Part shown: in pieces, positions 10,782 to 17,734 of the stretch
How the letters are laid out: each line of letters begins with the position of its first letter
How positions within the stretch are numbered: the stretch's first letter is position 1
Assembly (NCBI RefSeq): GCF_050920415.1
Contig: NZ_CP169309.1
Source of the DNA: Escherichia coli
Lineage (GTDB): Bacteria > Pseudomonadota > Gammaproteobacteria > Enterobacterales > Enterobacteriaceae
Length of the DNA stretch: 64,000 nucleotides
Reading direction: 5' to 3' (one strand)
The notes under the pieces: generated by a model
What the model saw: only the letters and a program-made list of their open reading frames with translations
Databases searched by the model: none
What the model was told of the DNA's origin: nothing
Program-made: the position numbers and the translations under genes

Positions 10782-13376
10782 ATGCATCACTCTGGTTCTG
10801 TTTCTCTTTGTCGTTCCGCAATATCTGTTCTGGTGGCTACAGCGTTATATTCTCCCATAGCATTGGCATCAACTGTTGAGTATGGAACGACTGTTGATGG
10901 TGTTGTCCTGGAAAAAGATATCCAGCTGGTTTATGGGACCGCAAATAATACGAAAATCACTCCCAGCGGAGAACAGCATATAAAAGAATGTGGTGTAAGT
11001 AATAATGCTGAAATAAACGGAGGGTATCAGTACATTGAAGCATATGGCTCAGCAGAATACTCAGTATTAAATGATGGTTATCAAATTGTTCAATTGGGTG
11101 GTGCAGCAAACCAAACTACCATCAATAATGGTGTGTTACAGGTTTATGGAGCTGCTAATGAAGCCACTATTAAAGGCGGGCGCTTACTCGTTGAAACCGA
11201 AGGCATTGCCATCTTCGCCGTTATCGAAAAGGGAGGACTACTGGAGGTTAAAGATGGCGGATTGGCATTTGCGGTAGATCAAAAAGCAGGCGGTGCAATC
11301 AAAACAACCACGCGGGTTATGGAGGTATTCGGAACAAATCGTCTCGGTCAGTTTGATATCAAAGATGGGGTTGCTAACAATATGCTGTTGGAAAACGGCG
11401 GAAGTTTGCGGGTTGAAGAGAATGACTTCGCTTATAATACCACTGTGGATAGTGGTGGTTTACTGGAGGTTATGGATGGCGGGACTGCAACTGGCGTTGA
11501 CAAAAAAGCAGGCGGAAAATTAATTGTTTCAACGAATGCGCTGGAAGTGAGTGGTACAAACAGTAAAGGCCAATTTAGCATAAAAGATGGCGTGTCTAAA
11601 AATTATGAACTAGATGACGGTTCCGGGCTAATTGTTATGGAGGGCACTCAGGCAATTGACACTATCCTTGATGAGCATGCAACCATGCAATCGTTGGGAA
11701 GAGATACTGGTACGAGAGTGCAGGCACATGCAGTTTATGATCTTGGTCGGTCAGTGCAGAATGGAAGCATAAAATATTCCTCAAATGCTATATCTGAAAA
11801 TATGGTTATCGATAATGGTCGCGCTAATGTCTGGACTGGCACAATGGTTAACGTAACAGTCAGAGGAAATGAGGGCATTATTGATGCAATGGCGCTGGAA
11901 TTAAATTTTTATACACCGGCTACATTATTAGGTGACGTGGTGGTTTCTGATGGTGCATCTTTAAGAACGCATGGCGCAGTGGATACCAGTAAAGCAGATG
12001 TTTCTATCGAAGAGAGTTTTTGGGCTATTATTGCCGATATCAATAATATAAACCAAAACACCCGTCTCAATTTAGCAAACCTGGTGATGTCAGACGGAAC
12101 TGTCGTTATGATGGCTGAGCCAGTGACTCGTTCATCTGTGACGGCAAGTGCGGAAAATTTCACTACATTGACCACTAATACCCTGTCGGGAAACGGCAAT
12201 TTTTATATGCGCACCGATATGGCCAATCACCAGAGCGATCAGCTTAACGTCACCGATCAGGCAACAGGTAATTTCAAAATCTTCGTTACGGACACCGGTG
12301 CCAGCCCGGCAGCAGGAGATAGCCTTACACTGGTAACAACGGGCGGCGGTGATGCTGCATTTACCTTGGGCAATGCCGGAGGCGTTGTTGATATCGGTAC
12401 GTATGAATATATCTTGCAAGATAATGGCAACCATAGCTGGAGTCTGGCAGAGAATCGCACGCAAATAACTCCTTCAACCACTGATGTGTTGAATATGGCG
12501 GCAGCACAACCGCTGGTATTTGATGCAGAACTGGATACCGTACGTGAGCGTCTTGGTAGCGTAAAAGGCGTTAATTACGATACGGCGATGTGGAGTTCGG
12601 CAATTAACACCCGCAACAACGTAACCACTGATGCGGGAGCTGGCTTTGAGCAAACATTGACGGGGCTGACGCTCGGTATCGATAGCCGTTTCTCCCGTGA
12701 AGAAAGCAGCACAATTCGTGGCTTATTCTTTGGTTACTCTCATTCTGATATTGGTTTTGATCGCGGCGGTAAAGGCAATGTCGATAGCTATACCCTGGGG
12801 GCTTATGCCGGTTGGGAGCATCAGAACGGTGCCTATGTTGATGGGGTGGTGAAAGTTGACCGTTTTTCCAACACCATCCATGGCAAGATGAGTAATGGGG
12901 CAACAGCGTTTGGCGATTACAATAGTAACGGCGCGGGTGCTCATGTCGAGAGCGGGTTCCGTTGGGGGGAGGGGTTGTGGAATGTAAGGCCTTATCTGTC
13001 CTTTACCGGCTTTACCACTGATGGTCAGGACTATACGTTATCAAATGGTATGCGAGCGGATGTGGGAAATACCCGCATATTACGCGCTGAAGCGGGAACG
13101 GCGGTAAGCTATCACATGGACCTGCAAAACGGTACGACGCTGGAACCCTGGCTGAAAGCCGCCGTGCGTCAGGAATACGCCGATTCTAACCAGGTGAATG
13201 TTAATGACGACGGCAAATTTAATAATGACGTGGCTGGAACCCGTGGCGTTTATCAGGCTGGGATAAGGTCATCGTTTACCCCGACGTTAAGCGGTCATTT
13301 GTCAGTCAGCTATGGCAATGGCGCGGGGGTAGAATCACCGTGGAATACCCAGGCGGGTGTGGTCTGGACGTTCTGA
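10782..13376 (+). CDS. yejO: YejO, AIDA-type autotransporter adhesin (intact)
   Basis: 864 aa with a signal peptide. The passenger has repeated GGLLEV-DGG-A-VD-KAGG modules. The C-terminal beta-barrel ends ...AGVVWTF. Confidence 0.9.
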   Translation: MHHSGSVSLCRSAISVLVATALYSPIALASTVEYGTTVDGVVLEKDIQLVYGTANNTKITPSGEQHIKECGVSNNAEINGGYQYIEAYGSAEYSVLNDGYQIVQLGGAANQTTINNGVLQVYGAANEATIKGGRLLVETEGIAIFAVIEKGGLLEVKDGGLAFAVDQKAGGAIKTTTRVMEVFGTNRLGQFDIKDGVANNMLLENGGSLRVEENDFAYNTTVDSGGLLEVMDGGTATGVDKKAGGKLIVSTNALEVSGTNSKGQFSIKDGVSKNYELDDGSGLIVMEGTQAIDTILDEHATMQSLGRDTGTRVQAHAVYDLGRSVQNGSIKYSSNAISENMVIDNGRANVWTGTMVNVTVRGNEGIIDAMALELNFYTPATLLGDVVVSDGASLRTHGAVDTSKADVSIEESFWAIIADINNINQNTRLNLANLVMSDGTVVMMAEPVTRSSVTASAENFTTLTTNTLSGNGNFYMRTDMANHQSDQLNVTDQATGNFKIFVTDTGASPAAGDSLTLVTTGGGDAAFTLGNAGGVVDIGTYEYILQDNGNHSWSLAENRTQITPSTTDVLNMAAAQPLVFDAELDTVRERLGSVKGVNYDTAMWSSAINTRNNVTTDAGAGFEQTLTGLTLGIDSRFSREESSTIRGLFFGYSHSDIGFDRGGKGNVDSYTLGAYAGWEHQNGAYVDGVVKVDRFSNTIHGKMSNGATAFGDYNSNGAGAHVESGFRWGEGLWNVRPYLSFTGFTTDGQDYTLSNGMRADVGNTRILRAEAGTAVSYHMDLQNGTTLEPWLKAAVRQEYADSNQVNVNDDGKFNNDVAGTRGVYQAGIRSSFTPTLSGHLSVSYGNGAGVESPWNTQAGVVWTF

Positions 13377-13443
13377 TAACAGAAAATAAACAGGCCGTAA
13401 TGTGTCGCGGTCTGTTTATCAAATTAATCGCAGATATAAAAAA

Positions 13444-13470
13444 AACCAACCGCAATAGGTTGGTTTTTCT
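13444..13470. terminator. Bidirectional Rho-independent terminator
   Basis: AACCAACC-GCAATA-GGTTGGTT, preceded by an A-run and followed by a T-run. Confidence 0.7.
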
Positions 13471-13478
13471 TGGGATTT

Positions 13479-13493
13479 TTGGTCGCACGAGAG
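13479..13493. repeat. Integrase-distal att core repeat (degenerate copy of the proL 3' end)
   Basis: 15/16 match to 24289-24304, with one G missing. Confidence 0.75.
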
Positions 13494-13507
13494 TAGTTTA
13501 ATTGAGT

Positions 13508-13578
13508 GTATAACTAAATGATTTTAAATAATATTCTTTATTCAACTTTTAAATCGTATAACCAAACGTATAACTAAA
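13508..13578 (+). repeat. Three copies of the 11-mer GTATAAC(T/C)AAA (putative integrase arm-type sites)
   Basis: Copies at 13508-13518, 13556-13566 and 13568-13578. The same 11-mer occurs four times at the other end of the island. Confidence 0.6.
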
Positions 13579-13660
13579 ATAATTTGCTGAAAAAGTGTAC
13601 AATTTCAGCAATAATTGCCCTAGCGACTATCATCCTGCTCCCCGGATTTTTTCCGGTTAA

Positions 13661-13897
13661 ATGTTAATCAGGCTGCTGGGCTTTGCCTGTTCGGTAGGTG
13701 TAATGATTATCGTAATACTTTTCCCCCAATGGGGTAAAAGCATCAACCGTAACGGAAGTCGTTATGGTTGCCTTGATGATCTGCGTGGTCATTATGACCA
13801 TTCAGCCAATGACCTTAATCAGAGCTTTTCGCTAAAAATGACGTTGGCCACTCGTCCGAAAAGCACAAAATCCCATCGATTTTTAATTAACGGTTAA
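13661..13897 (+). CDS. Hypothetical small membrane protein
   Basis: 78-aa ORF with a hydrophobic N-terminus (LLGFACSVGVMIIVILF). The stop lies within an ACGGT-TAA-ACCGT hairpin followed by CTTTTT. No recognisable homology. Confidence 0.3.
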   Translation: MLIRLLGFACSVGVMIIVILFPQWGKSINRNGSRYGCLDDLRGHYDHSANDLNQSFSLKMTLATRPKSTKSHRFLING

Positions 13898-13908
13898 ACC
13901 GTCTTTTT

Positions 13909-13943
13909 GTCACGTCGTGTCACTGGTTGTCACTCTCCGTCAC
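13909..13943 (+). promoter_or_regulatory. Four direct GTCAC repeats at exact 10-bp spacing (putative DNA-bending/recombination-directionality or regulator sites)
   Basis: tGTCACgtcg tGTCACtggt tGTCACtctc cGTCACgatc, with GTCAC at 13909, 13919, 13929 and 13939. Confidence 0.5.
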
Positions 13944-14035
13944 GATCTCCGATAGCCTGGCTGCAAATTAAACTACGAAAATTTCGTAGTTCTGACTTCT
14001 TTCAGATAGTCGGTTGCCTGGTTACACGAAAAAAA

Positions 14036-14407
14036 TTACTTCCTGCGTTTATCCCGCTTTGTATGTCCGTGCTGAATGCCCCGCAGTGGATCTTCTTTTT
14101 TCAGGTCGATCCCCATGTCCGTTAGTGTTTTTGTGGCGGCGGTTCTTATGGCACAAATCAGGTCTCTTTCCGGTTCCCGGGTTATGGTTGCCTTCCGGAT
14201 ACATGCCGTTCGTCGTTCCGTTACATACTGACGCGCTTCATCACTTGCCGCCTGTTTCAGTAACTCACCCCAGCGATTAGCCGCCCGTCGCCATAAACCT
14301 TTCGCTTCCAGTTCTTCCGCTTTGTCATCATGCACCATAAGCATAATCCCATTGATACCTGTTAAATCTGAATGGTTGGTTTCCGTTCTTTTGATAATTT
14401 CCCTCAT
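14036..14407 (-). CDS. PerC/Pch-family transcriptional regulator
   Basis: Contains MVHDDKAEELEAKGLWRRAANRWGELL, the signature LE--G-WRRAA-RW of PerC/Pch proteins. The true start may be at the internal Met near 14338-14344. Confidence 0.7.
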   Translation of the reverse strand: MREIIKRTETNHSDLTGINGIMLMVHDDKAEELEAKGLWRRAANRWGELLKQAASDEARQYVTERRTACIRKATITREPERDLICAIRTAATKTLTDMGIDLKKEDPLRGIQHGHTKRDKRRK

Positions 14408-14410
14408 AGC

Positions 14411-14440
14411 TTATTGTATGACAGTACTGTCCCACAATAA
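14411..14440. promoter_or_regulatory. Nested inverted repeat in the divergent perC-like / 99-aa gene control region
   Basis: TTATTGT-atGACAGTACTGTCcc-ACAATAA. The inner 12-bp perfect palindrome is at 14420-14431. Confidence 0.5.
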
Positions 14441-14450
14441 GGAATCACAC

Positions 14451-14750
14451 ATGAGAATGACCAGGCACAAAAAACAGATTCTTGAACTTTACAAACCTGA
14501 GTATCGCGATTGGGTGCGGGTGGAGGCCGGAGATCCGCCTTTTGATGTTCGTGGTGTGACAGTGCTGCTCTATGGTTCCGAATATCAGCGATATCACATA
14601 GAGGCAACCCGACGAACGTTAAACGCTATGGTAAATGATGGGATCCTGTACCGCGTGAAAGTGCGCGAACCCCGCTTTGATGTGCGTATCGGTAGCGATG
14701 GCGCTCACTGTACGGTAATCCGGTACGGGCTGGGTAAATCAGATGATTAA
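14451..14750 (+). CDS. Hypothetical protein (99 aa)
   Basis: An AAGGAA RBS lies 7 nt upstream of ATG 14451 (MRMTRHKKQILELYKPEYRDW...). In frame with ORF 14322-14750. No recognisable family. Confidence 0.5.
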   Translation: MRMTRHKKQILELYKPEYRDWVRVEAGDPPFDVRGVTVLLYGSEYQRYHIEATRRTLNAMVNDGILYRVKVREPRFDVRIGSDGAHCTVIRYGLGKSDD

Positions 14751-14756
14751 ATCACC

Positions 14757-14852
14757 AGAATGTAAATTTACATTCTGCCAGCCACCAGCTACAGAACGCA
14801 AATTTGCACTTTGCTGAAATATTAACGGGTTAGGCCAGAGTGCAAATTTGCA
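14757..14852. promoter_or_regulatory. Three related AT-centred palindromes TG(T/C)AAATTT(A/G)CA
   Basis: AGAATGTAAATTTACATTCT (14757-14776, a perfect 20-mer), GCAAATTTGC (14798-14807) and TGCAAATTTGCA (14841-14852). Confidence 0.55.
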
Positions 14853-14873
14853 TTATGCTTTAACTTCAGCAAG

Positions 14874-15155
14874 TTACCGCCGTAACCGCTCCGGCTTCTT
14901 CCACTGGTACGTTATTTTGGCTTTTTCCCTGTACGTCTGTATCCGGCGACGGTAGGCCAGCATTTCAAGAACGCGGATCCGTATGTCGCGCATATCCGCA
15001 TCATTAAGCTGGATACCATCACGGTGCATCACCTCAGCAACCACACGAACATAATTTTCTGCGGTCACGCTGTCCGGCTGCGTGGCCTGTTCGTCAGCCT
15101 GCTGGTTGATTCCGGCGACGCGGCGGATTAATCGCAGTAGTTCGGTTTCTGTCAT
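14874..15155 (-). CDS. Hypothetical protein (93 aa), downstream of the capsid gene
   Basis: ORF MTETELLRLIRRVAGINQQ... with a basic C-terminus, preceded by conserved cassette A. No family recognised. Confidence 0.5.
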   Translation of the reverse strand: MTETELLRLIRRVAGINQQADEQATQPDSVTAENYVRVVAEVMHRDGIQLNDADMRDIRIRVLEMLAYRRRIQTYREKAKITYQWKKPERLRR

Positions 15156-15194
15156 TGTGCCCCCATCGCGCTGGTTAAGAAAACAAGCTCAGAT

Positions 15195-15408
15195 TTTTTG
15201 TAAAGAATCTGTCACGCTAAAAGATGTCGAACAAAAAACAACCTTCTCCATCATCTTTTTTGCATCGATTACATTAAAAACAACAGGTTACATACATGAT
15301 GATGATGACGATAAAATCACAAAAATGCGCTTTTTTCCGCGCCCGCCCGCCCCGTGTTCATACCCACCCCACCAGGAGGACCCGCAAAAAAGGCGGCTGG
15401 TGCCGCCT
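15195..15408 (-). promoter_or_regulatory. Conserved intergenic cassette A: terminator, G-tract block and putative activator-dependent promoter
   Basis: Read on the minus strand: hairpin GGCGGC-ACCA-GCCGCC followed by T6 (plus-strand coordinates 15385-15407). Then a G-rich block and a 36-nt block (15321-15356) that is 35/36 identical to 17860-17895. Then AGGTTGTTTTTTGTTC (15229-15244), 24 nt, and TTTACA (15199-15204). Confidence 0.55.
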
Positions 15409-15413
15409 TGTTG

Positions 15414-17303
15414 TCATAGTGAATCGGTACCGCCTGATTTGACCATACCGCGATAATCCAGAGCGGCCACACCAGCATCAATACGGACTTTCCAGGCCAC
15501 ACCGTCAACGATGAAACCTTCCTGCTGTTCAAGGTAAGGCTCGTCATTGCCATCAAGATAAGCCACCTCGATTGTGTCCGTTCCCTGTGCGGAAAGCATG
15601 TACCATTGTTTTTCGCTGATATCATCAAGGCGGGGATCGACGATAATATCCAGTAGTTTGTGATACGGGTTAAAGATCCCGCTGTTTTTATCTGCCCCGA
15701 AAGGTGCGGTTGAGTTAATCATCTGCAACGCGCGATCTTCCAGTGCTGCCGGAACTAAAAGGAATTTAGGCGCAATATTCAGCACTTCGCCATTTTTGTC
15801 CTTCTGTGTGCGCATCAGGTGACGTGCTGCACTAAGTCCCGGTGTTGTCAGTCCTGCTTCAATCAGGTTGCTGTGTTTTTTGTCAAACAGCGCTATTCCA
15901 TCAGAAAGTTTTACGTTGCCTGTAAGCACCAGATTAACCAGATTTCCCACCGTTCTTGATGCTGCACGGCCCATAGCCATTGGCACCGTTGATAACTGAT
16001 CAAGGTCATCATTGATTATCGCCTGGCGGGTAATGCTGAAAATATTCCCGTAAGTAGCCAGCGCGATGGGTTCACCGCGATCGCTGGTGGTGATGTATTT
16101 ATATTCTGCCCCTTCCGGCACTTTGTTTAACGTAGAGAAACCATTCAGACCAACGCGGCGGGCTTCACGAAAGTTTGAAAGGGAACCTTTTTTCGTCCAC
16201 TGGCGGAATGTTTCGCCGCTGTGCTCCCAGCCTGCAAGCACTGATTTTTCAGCACCACCAGCAAGGATATCGGTAAAATCGCTGCTGCTGTGGTTGAATG
16301 CCGCGTTTACTATCTGCGAGCGTGTTCCGTAGCTGCCCGTGCTTATACCACGATGGGTTAATGATGCCTGTGCCATATCGAAAAGGCTCATCATGGCGTA
16401 AGGATTACCGCGTTCGGCCCGTTCGTGACCAAGACGCGCATTAAGCCCCTGGCGCATTGCATCGCCGGTTATGTTGCCGTTATCCGTGTACGCGTAGTAA
16501 AGATTTGCGGGGGTGGTTTTATTTGTTGGCGTTGATTCTTTACCCATAGCGAGTAAAAGGCGTTCGCGTGCATTCTCAACGCTACATTCTGAATCAGCAA
16601 GACAACTTATAGCCAGGTCGTTATATCTTCCGTTGAACGTGCCAAACAATTCACGGATGCCGTTAAGTCGTTCCTGTTCGCCACTGCCAGTTTTCTGGCT
16701 GATCATGCTTTTAATTTTTTCCGGCATATTTGAAAAATCTCCGATTCGTTTTGATTCAATTCGGGCCATTGCTGTAATCGCGGGTATAACCTCATCTGCG
16801 AAGCCGTTAGCCTTACACTCATTGCCATCCATCCAGGTTTCCGCCTCCATCATGGCGGTGATTTCCTGTTTGCTCCTGCCCGTTCTTCCGGCGTAGGTTT
16901 CAGCCATCGTGTCGCCCAGCTTGTCCATCAGGTCAGCAAAGCGGCGAACGTCGCCCGACACTCCGGCAGTAACACCACGGGGGGCATGTATCATCATCAT
17001 TGCGTTTTCAGGCATAACGATGTGATCGCCACACATGGCAATAAACGAGGCCATAGAAGCCGCCATGCCTTCAATGTGTACAATTTTCTTTGCCGGATGA
17101 TTTTTCAGGGCGTTATAGATAGCCAGCCCTTCAAAGATGTCGCCACCAGGTGAATGGATGCGAAGATGGATTTCAGACGCATTACCACACGCGTTGATCT
17201 CGTCAGTAAGTGCCGATGCTTTTACACCGTACCCGCCGATCTCGTCATAAATGCGCACATAGACAACATCTGCCATAGCCTTAATGGAAAACCATGTTTT
17301 CAT
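15414..17303 (-). CDS. Prohead (ClpP/S49-like) serine protease fused to an HK97-fold major capsid protein
   Basis: 629 aa. The N-terminal ~180 aa (IYDEIGGYG...RIHSPGGDIFEGLAIYNAL...GMAASMASFIAMCGD) is typical of a phage head-maturation protease. The C-terminal ~300 aa (GAEYKYIT...ATYGNIFSITRQAIINDDLDQL...FLLVPAALE...WYMLSA) is typical of a phage major capsid protein. Confidence 0.8.
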   Translation of the reverse strand: MKTWFSIKAMADVVYVRIYDEIGGYGVKASALTDEINACGNASEIHLRIHSPGGDIFEGLAIYNALKNHPAKKIVHIEGMAASMASFIAMCGDHIVMPENAMMMIHAPRGVTAGVSGDVRRFADLMDKLGDTMAETYAGRTGRSKQEITAMMEAETWMDGNECKANGFADEVIPAITAMARIESKRIGDFSNMPEKIKSMISQKTGSGEQERLNGIRELFGTFNGRYNDLAISCLADSECSVENARERLLLAMGKESTPTNKTTPANLYYAYTDNGNITGDAMRQGLNARLGHERAERGNPYAMMSLFDMAQASLTHRGISTGSYGTRSQIVNAAFNHSSSDFTDILAGGAEKSVLAGWEHSGETFRQWTKKGSLSNFREARRVGLNGFSTLNKVPEGAEYKYITTSDRGEPIALATYGNIFSITRQAIINDDLDQLSTVPMAMGRAASRTVGNLVNLVLTGNVKLSDGIALFDKKHSNLIEAGLTTPGLSAARHLMRTQKDKNGEVLNIAPKFLLVPAALEDRALQMINSTAPFGADKNSGIFNPYHKLLDIIVDPRLDDISEKQWYMLSAQGTDTIEVAYLDGNDEPYLEQQEGFIVDGVAWKVRIDAGVAALDYRGMVKSGGTDSL

Positions 17304-17527
17304 AGCCAGGCTCCTAACGTTGCCCTGTACCAGTATTCAACCGCGCTGCGTGTGATTTGTCCTTTCGTGGGTACCGGCATACCCGGGTGATTGTCTTTGA
17401 TGAACTGCTGATAGCGTTCGATCTTCTCCATAGTTCCGGCGTCTATGTGTACCGTGGCACTTTTATCCGGCTTTCTGGTGTTGTTCTCTGGCATAAATCC
17501 GCCTCCGTTTTGATTAACGGGCATCAT
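17300..17527 (-). CDS. Hypothetical protein translationally coupled to the protease::capsid gene
   Basis: 75-aa ORF. An alternative start, MPENNTRK, lies at 17494. ATGA overlap with the capsid gene start. Confidence 0.5.
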   Translation of the reverse strand: MMPVNQNGGGFMPENNTRKPDKSATVHIDAGTMEKIERYQQFIKDNHPGMPVPTKGQITRSAVEYWYRATLGAWL

Positions 17528-17734
17528 TATTGATCGATAAAAGTAATAGATAAATCATTTTCTACCTGAAAATTAGATTATATTTTTTCTGATTATTCTC
17601 AGAGAGGCAAAGCCATTGACGCATTTTTGCTATTGAAGCAATATTAAGACTCGTCATCCTGGCGATAAAAACTCCTTTGTCGTGTAAAAGCGCCTCCGGT
17701 AACAGCAATCGAGGGCGCTTTTTTTTGCGCCTGT

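Noticed and set aside
13907-14280. ORFs 13907-14125 and 14014-14280 (plus strand).
   Set aside because: They start within the GTCAC repeat array and run antisense to the PerC-like gene. There are no RBS or family features.
14411-14440. LexA (SOS) box in the perC-like promoter region.
   Set aside because: The palindrome is GACAGTACTGTC flanked by TTATTGT/ACAATAA. It does not fit CTGT-N8-ACAG, because the half-sites are in the opposite arrangement.
15325-15456. Plus-strand ORFs beginning MRFFPRPPAP (15325) and MRLFPRPPAP (17864), which look like paralogous peptides.
   Set aside because: The similarity simply reflects the duplicated 36-nt C-rich DNA block. Neither ATG has a Shine-Dalgarno sequence. 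Both ORFs run antisense through terminators and into genes on the other strand.
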